Source: Cycas panzhihuaensis (lineage: Eukaryota > Plantae > Cycadophyta). From it: DNA of 64,000 nucleotides. Location: positions 249,309,741 to 249,373,740 of the forward strand of contig CM041465.1 of assembly GCA_023213395.1 (NCBI GenBank). The letters are read 5' to 3'. The notes beneath the pieces were generated by a model. It saw only the letters and a program-made list of their open reading frames with translations, was not told where the DNA came from and made no database searches. Below, in pieces: positions 1-13,735 of the stretch. Position 1 is the stretch's first letter. Each line of letters opens with the position of its first letter. Position numbers and translations under genes: made by a program.

Positions 1-1733
1 AATGTATAAATACAAAAACCATACAATTACAAATATTTTATGCATAAACGTTTAGGCCATAATAGTTGTAAATATTAAATAGTAACTACCAGTTTAATAT
101 ATATGAAATGGATGAATGGTTCTCTCTAGCCTCCATTAATATATATTTGCATAGACATAAATATGTAGTCGTAATCTTTGTAAATATATTTTTTTAGTAA
201 TGCAAACTATCAAGATCTCTCTATGGAAGACACAAAAGGTGAAATAGTGAATATTTAAATTCAACCCATTAGAAAAAGATGTAAATTAAAAATACATGAA
301 TTCATGCCAAAAGAGAATACACATAATGGAGTTCACAAATAAAATAATGGTATAAATTCATACATATAATGCATCTATGGGTAAGTGGCATAAATAGAAG
401 GACGTAAACATCTGTATGTAGGCAGAGGATAATAACATCATTACAACTTAGCTAATTGAAGAGGATATAATCATTTATAAATGGGTGTAAATATAATGCG
501 TAAATAGTGTATTTTTACAAGGGCTATATAAATAGAGAGAAGGGCATAAATATATGGTAACCTAACAAAACTATGGAGGTAATGTAAAAGTCATGGACAT
601 AAATCTCTTTAACTATTAACTCCAATAGCAGTGAGCAAACATAGAGAGCCATAAGATGAGATACCATACAATGTAGGGAGATCAGAAGGAAGACATACAT
701 TATACTATGAGAAAGATCGTGTGTTTATAGTAAAATAGAAATGTAAATATTTCTCTATGTTATGGCTACCTTAGGTGAGGATGTTCCTAACTCAATTACA
801 ATTTCAAACAATGCATTGGCTCAAAAATCATCATAATGGAAACATGCAAAGGCATGCATAATATAGTAAGGAAAATATATCATATGACAAGTTGTTACAT
901 TATATGACAAATATTCATATGCACCAAACTATATTTGTCAAATAGATGCGATTAATTAGATAACAATCATGTGTTAAGACTCAAACAATCAATTAACCTT
1001 TCTTAGATAAAGGCTATGATGAGTAATAGCTTAAGGATTTCAAAGGAAGATCCCTATAACTTTGGCTTAGGGCCATAATGCAGACGAATGAAATGGTGAT
1101 ACAACCACTTTCAATAAAGTAAGGACATAACTAGGTACTTTAAGAATGGACAAACACAATACTGAAAATGAAAGTTGTTAAATTCTAATATAAAATTATG
1201 AGAGTGAGCAAAAATATTGAATGATAAATCAAATATACCAATTATGTTTCGATACACTTCTCACAAACTCCTTCATAGCTTTGACTTCTCGAACATGGCT
1301 CTAAACTCTAGAGCAATGGCTCTAGATGCTTGAACGATGTTTCTACAAACAAGGAATATGGCTCTAAATGCCTGAACAAAGCTCTTATACCAAATGATAG
1401 AATCAGAGAATAGAAGCAACATAATGAGAATGGACGAATAAGTTAACTATCAACCCATAAGAGTGGTGGTATTGATAAACACTAGGGTTTTTGGACCCCA
1501 TGAATAAATAGGCAAAAGATGAGTGAGATGTGGCACGCCACTCAAAGTCCATCGTCGATTAGTATTGATAAATGGTAGAAAGGATGCTGCCAGGATCTGA
1601 TAAAGTGCAGCTAAGTGTGGTTAGGATTTGATATAGAGTCACCATGATATCTATGCCAATCTTAGGTTATCACCCTAATGTGGGTAATTAACCCAAGGTT
1701 GATACAAGCCCCGATTTAGACGTTATTCCAGCA
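1..1733 (-). mobile_element. 5' end of a Ty1/copia-type LTR retrotransposon (5' LTR 1395-1733, PBS 1381-1392, leader running leftwards)
   Basis: gctcttatacca at 1381-1392 is the reverse complement of a tRNA-iMet PBS with 1 mismatch. The adjacent tgatag...ttccagca block is similar to the LTRs at 41198-41438 and 51573-51813. How far the leader extends leftwards is uncertain. Confidence 0.65.
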
Positions 1734-2939
1734 ATAGCGTGCATTGATGATTTATAACTCTAATTTCATGCCACACCTACTTTGTCCTTACTTTTATCAT
1801 TTTTCTTAAAATTTATCAAATATCTATCTTTGTACAATGCTCCTATAAAGTTAGGATTGTCTTCAATAGGCCTTTTCATCTTGATTCCTCTATTTTATGA
1901 TTTTTTCTATGTTTTTGCATGTACTATGTTATTTCTTTTGACACCTTGGTCTTCACTTCAACACTATATTATTATGTCACCTTATTATGGTATCATGCTA
2001 TGGTATTTAAACCAATATTATAGTATTTATTGAAGTTCTATGACAACAGTTATCATAATGCCTTCTCTAACTTACTACGATGCCATTCTAAATTAATATG
2101 ATGTCCACTCTATGTCAACATAACATTCATTTTAACTCACTACAATGTTCATTAAGTCATTGTGGTGTTTATCCATTCATCATAGTGCTACTATAATATC
2201 CTACAAGTCATGTTAAAATTAAATCTTCTTTGATATTTTTAGATTTTAATACATTTATAGGAAAGTTTTTGGTAAAACCATAGGCCCTAAAACTTAAGGC
2301 ACCCACGGTTTTATAAAACCATGGACCATAAGTACATTATAAATAGGTTTGTTTAATTTATCTTGAGGTTGGTATTACTGGGAATAATGAAAGCTCTGCT
2401 AGAATGATCTTGATATATTTTAAAACTAGATTTGCATCAAAGTACTTATGGAGGATTTATTAGAAGTTATTAGTAGTCAAATTAGGTCCATTTTAGATAA
2501 TTTTGGAGTTGATTTATATGGTTTCCAATTGATGTTTTATTAGATTTCTATGTGGATTAATTTTTACCGTTTGTTTTATTTTATTTTATGATTTTCTTAA
2601 CACTCATCTTCTCCTCATCATACTACTTGCTTCTTAAACAATTTAAGAGCTAATTCACCATATGAAGTAAGCCAAATAATAAACAAGAGGTATAATTTTT
2701 GGATTTATAATATTTTCACTATTAGAATTATGTGTTTTTTTATCATTAATCTCTAAGAAGTAACTAACCTTCATTTGGTTATATTTTTAGTATTTGTTGC
2801 TTGTATTTAGTTTCAAGTTTACTTTAATACACATGGTTTACTAATGAAGTTATATAAATTTTTTAGGACTACTAGGCTTTGAGTTGTTTCTACATCAATA
2901 TATTATAAGATTTTAATGGTTTAGTGAATGCAAATTTGT

Positions 2940-3600
2940 TATTTATGCTTCTAATGTATTTGTTGTAGCATAGGTGGATTCCTAGCTCATATGTTTTGGA
3001 GAAATTCTACAAGTACAACAGAAATATAACTAGAATTTCCCTAATTTTATTGATTTAATGATTGGTTTTATGACATATTCTTTATATTTTTATAGTGTTA
3101 CTTAGCCATTTCTTTTTCTTTAATTATTAATCATATTTGTGGCTATTTTATGACTTTGTTGTTTGCTTTTTTTTATGAAAATTCTCCAGGTACATCGAAA
3201 ATGCTGTTAGAATTTTTTTAATTTTGACAAATTGGCATTTGGTTATTTGATGTGGTTTGAGTGAGTTGCATTATCATTTTTTGTTTTGACTTCTAACACA
3301 TTTGTGTGTAGGTTTTAGTGATTTCACACTTTTGTTTGGAAATTTTATAAGTGTAGAAGAAATACTATAAGAATTTCCTTAAATTTAGCAATTTAAGGAT
3401 TATTCTTTTATTTGTGTTTCTCATATGTTTGATTGATTTTTATTGATGTATTACATTTTATTGACTAATAGGCTTTTAGTAGTTTTTAGAGGTTTCATTG
3501 CTTGTGTTTTTATGAGACTTTCCATAGGTATGGTAGGCATATTTCTTGATATTTTTCATCATTTTATTTGACCTTCATTTTAGGGTTTTAATATGCTTTT
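2940..3600. repeat. Degenerate tandem repeat, about 4 units of 160-177 bp
   Basis: A core like gaaattctacaagtac...agaatttcc recurs near 3001, 3178, 3339 and 3513. Confidence 0.6.
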
Positions 3601-4819
3601 TAGTTGCATTTTATTTCCTTTATATTCTATAATTTGAGAGATTTTTGCTAACTTGTCTCAAGTAAAAAGCATTTTATTACTTATGTTTTCTTATTGATTT
3701 ATTGTGGTAAGAAAATTAAATGGAAGTTGCTTGGAAAAAGGAGTGATTAAACTTGCATAAAAACACTTTACATGGAGCACTTCTAGGTGAGCCAACTTTG
3801 AAACCTTTCCATCATTTGCTTAGTTACTAGTTTATTTCATTTTAAAAAGAGAAAAGCTTTTATTTTAAGAATATGACAGGGTTAATTATAATTGCAAGTT
3901 AATTCCCTTCTTATTTTACTTAATGCACATTTATTTACTTTTAGCATATTGCTTATTTGCTTGTTTATTTTCATCTTATTTAATTATGTATTTCATTTAC
4001 TAGCTTCATAGTTCACTTTTAACTTTTGTTTATTTCTTTTTATGTTTTATTTATTGGATTTAGATTGGACCCTAGGAAGGGCTTATCATACTTCAAGACT
4101 AGGCATACTAGACTCATGAGTTAGTATTAACCCCTTGGCCTAACTCTCTTTCTTATCCATCTAATAAGACCCTGATTCTTAGGAGAAATGGTCCACTCTC
4201 TATTGATCACATATGATTTAAAGAATGGACTATGCCTTATGCTCTTAAAGACATTAGTTTTTAATGTATTCTTTCTTGAGATATTTGTGAAATAAGTTAG
4301 ATGTGAGTAGTTTAAGAGACTGAAAAGTCCTTCAACATCAGTCCTCAATAACTTGCCACTAGGTTAGGTTTATCCCATGGTTCAATCCATTCCATATTTA
4401 TCTCTTTTAACTCCTAGTTCTAAGTCATAGGTATAGGATTCATAGTTCTCTTAGGATTCTACTTATCAATTAATCTCTCTTTTCTATTTCTTGTTACTTT
4501 GCATTATGCTTATTTATTTCTTTTTTGTATTAGTTAAGATTTTGATTATAGTGCCTCCTTTTGATCTAGAAAATTATTACATTAATTATTTAATCTATAA
4601 ACCTAAGTCAATGATGAGTAATAGATTTATATTTAAGTGATTAATTTACGGCATAATCTCCCTTCCTTTATGATACACCGGATGCATAAAAATCTAGCCC
4701 TTTAAGAGATTATCTTAAGTTTCCTGAATTACTCAAGGACTTTTGATTCCCTACCAAGTGAATACTTCATATCATTTAGTTCTATTCTTACTCTTATTTA
4801 GCTATATATTATTGTCTAA

Positions 4820-5161
4820 TCTAACACCATGTGATAATGCATTAAACAAAATCAATAACATATATAATGAATAATGAGAAATGCAAGATCTATCATGGGA
4901 AACATGTGCAAGGAAAAATCCACCAAAACACTTATAGATTATATTAAGAAAATACCACAATGATTTGATTTAAAATAAGGGTCCATATTTATAATATCCT
5001 ATGAGGTATGTCCAACTAATTATTATGACCTTTGCTCATGCCCTATGACTTTTTATGTTTCGTGTCATGTGACTCTCCATAACTCATGTATATTTAACCA
5101 TTAATATATCCACATAAAGAATTGTACTAAACACTTCATTAACCTTAATTGTCTACTAATA
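4820..5161 (-). mobile_element. Orphan copia-type LTR with a PBS remnant
   Basis: tctaacacca (eroded PBS complement) is followed by tgtgata...ctactaata. The internal tatcatgggaaac...aaaatccaccaa motif also occurs in the LTRs at 58409 and 62756. Confidence 0.45.
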
Positions 5162-5749
5162 GGATCCATGAGATTATTTCCCTTCTTAGAATGCTTCACC
5201 CATGAAGCATGGGAGAGGCAACATTATTCCCTAATACACCACCTATTAAGGCTAAGATATCATAAAAGTTTCCTCCCCATTTATCCTATCTTCTAAAGCA
5301 ACACATATGTATCTCCTTCCTAGTTATGGTGATGTTATCCTTTGGATAATGTTTGTATAGGGTTTTGTATATGGAATACCATAGGACCTATACATTATGA
5401 ACTCAGCTTACTTAAGGTCATGCATCTAGCTTCCACATTACATCCATAGGGAGTTAAAGAGAGAAAGTAGGTTAGAGATGGAGGGAAGAGGTTTATGTGA
5501 ACTAAGGATAAGGAATAAAAAATATGATTAGGGTCTCAAAAGTGTAAGTAGCTTATATAGGAATATCTAAGAAGGGTGAGTAGGAAATAGAATTTGGATT
5601 AGTTAGCTTTATAGGAATTTCATTTAGATAACATATTTAGAGGGTGATACAATAAAGGGGTATATTAAGAGTGGAGATAGAGTGTGAAGGTTTGTGAAGT
5701 TATGATGGAATGATAAAGAAGGGTATAACTTAGAAGAGGAGTTTGTGAT

Positions 5750-8700
5750 TATTAGAGTGCATTTATCCACTTAACTTGACTAATGTTAATGTGGTGTATT
5801 ATTGTACAAATATTATTATGATATAATTTAATATTATTATAGGCCAGTGTATGTAATACATATGTAATATATGAGGCACTTATGGATCTATTTAAAGGGA
5901 TCCGAAATCTATTTTAATTTATGAGTCTTGTATCAATGTAATCAATATTATTCTATGATGGGTTTTTATTGTGAGGTTTTCCACATCAATTCTTTTGTAT
6001 ACTTGTTCATTGTGTGCTTATTGTATACATAAGCAATTTGCTTGTCTATGATTTCTAACATGGTATTAGAGTAAATAGTCATGCACAAGTAGGCATATGT
6101 TGGGCAGAGTTTATCATATTATAGGTTGTTAGGTTATGTTAGATTAACCCTTCATTGAGGACTATCTTCTCTAACAATAGAAAGGATAGCCATAGAGTGC
6201 AATGATTGAATAAAGACTCTCGATGTCTTTTATTATATATTTTACATATTTTTATTAGTCCTTGAAGGTGTGTAAAGGATTGTAAGAGGTTACTTTTCCT
6301 TATGTAGTTGTATGGGTATGCAACATTGTTTACTGCCCCTCTATTGATGTAGTTGTAGCCTTTGGTTACTCAATTATTAGCTAAGGACACATAGTCAGCC
6401 ACATGAGAGTGATAGATCTATAAATAGTGTTAGAGTGATAATCAATGAGGATATTGTAGATCGTATTATGAATTCATCATTGTAGACACCACAGGTAAGA
6501 AAAGTCACAACCCTTGAGTGGAGATCATATTGTCTTGGTGTAAGCAATCACCTAAAGGAGAGAGACAAAAATGTGTAAATGTATAGATTGAATTGTAGCA
6601 GGAAAGACACTCATATACATCATATTTGCAGCTACCAGAGTTGAATAAATAGTCATAAATTATGCTTTTTAAAGTGGTGAGCAGACATTATAAGAGAGTC
6701 ACCCAGTAACTGTGTATTTGCATTAAGTTGCATTATAGTTGTAAAAAAGAGAAAGTCATCATTGTGTCATGTATTGGCTCTTATGTAGCAGTTGTCATGG
6801 ATGCAAGTTTACCATTACATATTAGCCATAGGCTTGTCATGATAATTATGGCTTATGTATGGTATTTCAATGATATTTCACATTTTGAATCTAATATATA
6901 TTAAGTTACCTTCTTTTCTAAGTCATATTTGATATATTATATCATCTTTAATTTGATTAAGTGACATCATATTTTCAAACTTGTGACTATATTTTAAAGG
7001 TCATTTAATACCCATTTCACATATATGTATGTCACCTTTGATTGAGAGATAGTAAGTTTTAATATTATATGAGGCAAGATCCTTTATGGTATTCAGGTGA
7101 CTTCATGATATAAGGCCTTTTTAATATGTTGGCATAATATATATTAGGTATGGTTTTGTTATACCTTGAGTAAAAGTGGCATGTGATAGGCTTTTTTTAT
7201 TGAAGATAATATTATTACATTTGTTTATTTATGGTATTTGAAATACTTTATTGTATAAAACAATGTGTATTGGTTTATTAATATAAGGCATATTTATTAT
7301 GGGCATATTGTTATTGATATAAGGAATGCATGAGTGATTTGGGTGGGTAAATTTGTTGATTATTTCATTAACATTACATTGATTTGGAGTGGTGCTTTAT
7401 TTATACATATAACAACATTTTATTACATTAGACTTGTGAAGTGAAGTATTCAAATTTGTTCTTTCATTCAATAGTCTATTGCCCTCTTTGTAAGTGGTTA
7501 TCAATTTTGTTTAACCTTTATACTTTGGGTGGTTGAACGAACTATACTTTAGCATAATATGGCCCATTAGAGGTTGGTTTAGGCTCCTTATATTTGTTTG
7601 TTTTAAGTCATAGAGAAGTTGGTTCTGTTGGCTACTTTTAATGGGAATAACTTCAACGAATAGAAGGTAAATATGGAATTAGTTCTCATTGTTAACTAGC
7701 TTTGGGGCATTACCAAATAAATTATTAAGTGTTCCCTTATATGAGAAAGAATATATTTGTATTAAGGAAAAATAATTCATGGTTGTAAGGTTCTTGAATT
7801 GTCTTTAGCCCCAGATTAGAGAGCTTTAGTCAACAACCTTGAAACTTCACACAAGATCTGGACTAAGATATATGAGACATTTAAACAAAAGAAAACCAAT
7901 CATTATGTTACTCTTATGATAGAATTTTTGAATTCTAAGGTAGAAGATAAGGACAACATTACTTCATACCTGAATAAGATCATTAATTTGAGAAATAGGT
8001 TAGGTGAATTGAAATCAAACTCAATTGATGATGTATTACATTTTGCCATTATATGTTAAAGTTATTTATTGCATTCAAAACCTTCAAAACTATCCATGCT
8101 ATAGATGAAGTTATGGAGTATGAATCATTTAAGTCACTAGAAAACTACACTCTAGTAGAGGATACCAAGTTGAAGCATCATAAAATGCTTGTTAGCTTAA
8201 CTTCAAATTAGGCTTTGATCACAAAGACACAATGAAAATCTGTTGTTAAAGAGGGCAAGTTTACACTAAGAATAGGTGAGACCTCTTAGGAGAAGAAGAA
8301 GTTTATAGGTAAGTGTAATTACTACAAGAAAGAGGGTCACAAAGAAAAGAATCACCAGTTTAAGATGCAGGATAAGCGCAAGGTTAACAAAGATGATAAG
8401 GGGAAGAGTGTAGTAGAATATTGTATTAGGGTATCAGTATTATCAAATAAGTCAAATCATAAAGACTATTAAATCCTAGATTCTAGTGCACAAAAATACA
8501 TCACCTTTTAGAAGTAAAACTTTGATCCCATAGATGTAAGTATAAGTAATACTAATATGATTCTTGGGGATGTTTATGCTTTTCCCATAGAAGGTGTTAG
8601 TTTCATTTCACTTATAAGAGGTAAGTTGAATGGAGTTTACTATGTGCCTAAGATGAAGCTTAATCTTCTTTTTGCTTGGGAAATCTGTAAGTAAGGTATA

Positions 8701-11700
8701 AAAATTGAGCTTTATAATAATAGATGCATAGTTAAGGATCTTAAGAAGAACTTCTCTATTGTTGCTACTTGGAGAGTGCAAGATAACTTTTGGGTGTTTG
8801 AAAAATTTAAACCCTAATTAGATTCTTATACTTTTGTTATTAGTGCCAATGATATAAGTTATGGCATAAGCATTTAGGTCATCTTAATTACAGAAGCATC
8901 AATTTAATGAATATATTAAAGATGGTAGAAGGGATGCCACATGTTCCTTATTCAAAAGATGTTTATCAGGGATGTATGTATGGAAATCACCATCATTATC
9001 TATTTGCTAGGGATAATACATGGAGAGCAAAGAAGTTGGAACTTGTTCATATTAACTTGATGGGTCCTTCATCTAATCCTTCTATTTTTGGTACTTGTGT
9101 TTGTAGTTGACTATAGTAGGAAAATCTAAATATTCTTTTTAAAGACTGAATCTGATATGTTTGATTGATTTATGAATGGAAAGTTAGTATTGAGAATGAA
9201 TGTAATAAGAAAATAAAGATTTTGATGAGTAATAATGAAAAGGAGTATGACAATACTATCTTTAATTAGTTTTGCCTTAATCATGGTATCAAATGGGATT
9301 CAACCATCCCATATATCCCATAGATAAAATGATGTTTTAGAGAGGAAGAATTGTACCATGATAGAGATCACAACGTATATGGTGCATGCAAAAAATCTAT
9401 TGCCTATATTTTGGAAAAAATCTATTATGATAACTATTTGTATTTTGAATAGGGCCCCTGCTAAAGTTGTTTTTGGCATTACTCTAAAAAAATATTAAAT
9501 CAATTAGAAATCTTCTATTAATTATTTCAAGGTATTTGGGTGTATTACATATGCACACATCCTAGACACATATCAAAAGAAGTTGGATCGTAAGAGTTTG
9601 AAGTGCATTTTTATGGGGTACTCGTAAGAGAATAAGGCTTACAAACTTTGGGATCTATAGGGGAAGAAACTTTTGGTTAGTCAAGATGTTAGGTTTAATG
9701 AGTCAATGATATATCATACCGAGAGGTCATCTTAAGATAGATTTTATCCCCTATTTCTTCCCTTTTCGAGTTATGTTTCAACAATTATAGAGGTTTAGGA
9801 GCTTAACCTTGTGTCAAAAATAAATGTAGGACCTAATAAGAGTAATAATGAGAAGCTGTTATAAGAAGAGATATTGATAACAACTCGTGTTCCATTATTA
9901 ACTAAGAGGACCATTAAGGAATTCAATGTGATGGTTAAAGATCTTGAAAATAGATGAAGAATAAGAAGTTAATATGGTAGTCAAACTTTGGTAGTGGACA
10001 CCAACGATTTCAATGATCCCATTTCATATGATAAAGCAAAAGAAAATCTATGATAGAGAGCTATAATAAAGGAGGAGTATAATTTTATCATGAAGAATGA
10101 TACATGGGATTTTATTCCTTTACCTCTATAAGAACCTGGTTTGTTACAAGTGGATCTATAAGACAAAATATTGCTCTAATGAAGAGGTAGTCAAGTATAA
10201 GGATAGACTTGTTGCATAAGGTTTCAAATAGAAAGAAGGAATTAATTATGAGGAGATATTTACACTAGTCTTTGAGATGTTAATGGTCCAATTGATCCTT
10301 ACTTTAATAGCTACATTTGGTTGGGAGTTACATCAAATGGACGTGAAGTCAACATTCCTTAACAGAGACTTGAAAGAGGAGATTTATATGGCTCAACCTC
10401 TTAGTTTTATGAAGGAAGGTTAGGATCATTTAGTATACTGCTTAAAGAAATCTCTTTATGGCCTAAAATAAGCACCACATGCTTGGTATGATAAGATTAA
10501 TGTTAGATTGAAGGAAGATGGTTTTGTAATAGTAAAATTTGAGCTAAGTCTTTATAGTTAAAAGAGTACAACTATAATAGTTATTGTCATTATTACAGGC
10601 AATTAATTATAATGTGACTATTATAGCTACAATGCCCTATGTGGGACATACTTTCGACATTACAGATCTCAAATATCTTCATTACTTCTTGGGCATTGAG
10701 ATTAGGCACATGGATGATCACATCATGATGTCATAATCAAGGTATACTTAAAACCTACTTGAAAGATTAAGGACTAAGGATTATAAACTAGTGAAAACAC
10801 TATATGTAAAGATCACAAGGCTTCTAAATGATATGAATAAGCCAAGTTTTGAGAGGACTTTATATAGGTATTTGGTAGGGAGTTTGATTTACTGAACTCA
10901 TACTTGGCCTAACATTACTTATGTTATTGAATTAGTATCTCATTACAAGTAGAATCCCCAAGAACCTCACTAGGTTATTGTAAAGAGAATTCTAAAGTAT
11001 GTTAAGGGAACACTTAATCTTAGCCTTAAATACCTTCATGGTAGAGAGGTAGACTTGTATGGGTATACGATACTAATTAGGGTAGAGATGCAGAAGATCA
11101 AAAATAAATTATAAGATTCATTTTTGGTATTAACAATGGGTTTGTATTATGGCAATCCAAAAAATAATCCATTGTCACATTATCTTCTATAGAGGTTAAG
11201 TACCAAGGACTAACAATAAGTATGAGGGAAGCTATATAGTTGTATGGACTTTTAGCAACTCTTGGAATATCTTCTAATACATTTGTTATGCACCTTGATA
11301 ATTTGAGTGCTATTTGACTTTTAAAGAATTTAAAATTTTACATATACATAAAGTACATCAAGAATTAGGACCATTATATCTGTGAGTAAATTATATTAGG
11401 GAAGTTATAAGTTGAGTTTTATCCAAGTGAAGAATAACTTGCAGACATATTTAGTAAAGCTATGACTGAAGACCACTTCATTAAGATTCATGCTAATTTA
11501 GGACTTAGCAAAGTTATCCTTGAGGGAGGATTTATAAATGAGGATAAAGATAAAGGTTAGTCCAACCCTTAGGAAGACTTCAAGACCCCACATTTATACT
11601 AAGGAGGAATGTTAGAGTGGCATGTGATCCACTTAACCTAACTAATATTAATATAGTGTATTATTATATGAATATTATTGTGGGTCGACAAATGTAATAC

Positions 11701-11901
11701 ATGTCTAATATGTAAGACACTTATAGATCTATTAAAAGGGATCTAAAATATATTATACTTTACAAATTTTGTATTAATGCAATCGATATTATTCTATGGT
11801 GGGTTTTTACTGTGATGTTTTCCACATCAAATATTCTATGTAGTTGTTCATTTCATGCTTGCTGTGTATAGAAACGATCTATTTGTCTATGATTTCTAAC
11901 A
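5750..11901 (+). mobile_element. Full-length decayed Ty1/copia retrotransposon
   Basis: LTR pair 5750-6060 and 11610-11901 (both end tttctaaca); PBS tggtattagagt 6061-6072; PPT aaggaggaa 11601-11609; domain order gag-PR-INT-RT-RH. TSD is degenerate (gtgat/tggat). Confidence 0.93.
7620..11530 (+). pseudogene. copia gag-pol pseudogene
   Basis: Recognisable motifs: FNGNNF (gag), CNYYKKEGH (zinc knuckle), ILDSSA (protease), LELVHINLMGP and KCIFMGYS (integrase), HQMDVKSTFL and LKKSLYGLK (RT), ADIFSKA (RNase H). Many stops and frameshifts. Confidence 0.9.
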
Positions 11902-13280
11902 TGGATTAAGAAGTAAAGGAGGTTTGGAAAATAATAAAGAGCAAAAGAGTATATAGGAAGTGGAATTTAAATAGCAAATGCTATAAATTGGTAAGGGTAT
12001 GATCGAGAATAAGGATGACAAGATAAGTTTTTTAAGCGGATCACCCAATAAGGGATGTGTGGGGGTTATAAGAAAATAAAGATATGATAGGTGTTTAATG
12101 TGGATGGAAATTGTGTAAAAAAGATATACAAGAAACAAATAATAGGATAAGGGTGTTAAGATATAAGAATAATGTATGAGATTAAGAGTAGGCATATATG
12201 AGAGGAATGCGTGAAGAGTAGTAGCTAAAACAAAGGTAATAAGGAATAAGAATGATTTATATTTTCAGTGAGATTGGAGGGAATATATATGGAAGATTCA
12301 TAGGAAAATAAACCATAAGAGGTGGGGAGAGCATTAAGTATTTTATATAGATGATAAAGAGGAATGTAGGAGATAGGAATTGAAAGGGAAGTAATAAGAA
12401 TTTTATAGACATAAGAGCAAGGGACATGAGAGATATATATTGAAGAGTGGGCATAAACCAAGGGTAGTGATGATGTAAGGTAAAAATAAGACTAGGGAAT
12501 GAGACATACATAAAAGTCAATATGGGAAAGACAAAGAATGGAGGATAAGTGGTATGTTAGGTGTTCTACACTAATGGACATTGAAGAGGTATATAAAAAA
12601 TGCTAATGGAATGGAATGGAAGGGTGGATAAGGTTAGGATCATGACTAGGGAGTGGCATGCATATGTAATTAGCAAAAAGACGAAGGATGGGGGAGAGGA
12701 AAATGATGAAAAGCTTACATGTACAAATAATTTAAGGAGGGGAGGATGAGAAAGAAGTGTGAGAAATGAGAAATTTAGTAGAGGGAAAGAAAGGTTAGAG
12801 AGATGTAGCTCATGAGCAAACTTTAGGAGTAATGTATCTGAGGGGTTTATAAAGGATAAATAGGGAATGAGGGATACATATTATTTATAAGAAAAGAGTT
12901 ATGATAGAGGCCAATGGAAAGATGCATACGAAGGTTCATAGAGATAAGTAAAAGGTGTCATAAAGGATATAAATGTTGCTTATGAGATCATTTATAAGGT
13001 AAGAGAGAGAAAGCAATGTCTTACAATAACAAGAAGAATATATATTGGTTGGGCAGGGGGTAAGGAGTGTGGAGGTTTAGTATGACAATAAGAATGTTGT
13101 ACTTTTTTATTTGGTGACTTTAGAAGGGATTAATCATAGTGGGAGGAGGGTTGATAAGTGGGCAATCTCAAGAGGGATCAAGATTTTACCTATGAGAAGG
13201 TTAGAATTAAAGGGTATTAGTTTTGGATTAATTATGGATTCTTACTGAGAGGGAAGTGTGTGGTTCTCTAGAGCCATATA
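11902..13280 (-). mobile_element. Very old LINE-like remnant (possible ORF1/DUF4283); the purine-skewed sequence continues left of the copia at about 5450-5749
   Basis: Strong G+A skew on both sides of the copia insertion. The minus strand from 13277 reads NLLIGKILIPLEIAHLSTLLPL*...FLLSY, resembling the start of DUF4283. Confidence 0.3.
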
Positions 13281-13735
13281 ATGTGGAAATTCAAGAGGAA
13301 GTATTAAACTACAAAAAGAAATAGACAAATGTAAAACTAGATATAAAATCATAACAATTGCCTCATTTAAGTTGATATGTTGCTATAATTTTGTAGTTCA
13401 TTCATTATCACACTACTTTAATATGGATTCCACCTTACTTGGTCCATGTGAATCAATTGATTCCTCTTCATATTACTTATAAATGGGCTCTTTCTTTTTG
13501 ACATCTTGTTGTTGTATATGATATACATCCTTTATTCCTCATCTGTGTGTTTCCTGAAGTTGTCTTGACTATAGTGAATTTGCCACTTATGTAAGGGTTA
13601 ACCCATATGAATGTATTGTTTATTTTTAAAATTCCTTCTTATCAACATATTAGAACTCATCTTTCTTCTTTGGTTCTTAATCTCCTTTTCAAAATAATTG
13701 CTTATTACACTAATATTCTAATATATAGGCCTTAG

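Noticed and set aside
1782-2033. Hydrophobic small ORFs (also 11896-12520, 32056-32280, 46279-46473) as membrane proteins
   Set aside because: These are expected by-products of T-rich low-complexity DNA and have no motifs.
6824-6842. gccataggcttgtcatga, resembling L1 hairpin 1, inside the copia leader
   Set aside because: It is only a short match with no flanking L1 tail similarity, so chance cannot be excluded.
13140-13277. LRR receptor-like reading NLLIGKILIPLEIAHL on the minus strand
   Set aside because: No 24-aa periodicity follows, and it fits the start of a LINE ORF1 (DUF4283) at least as well.
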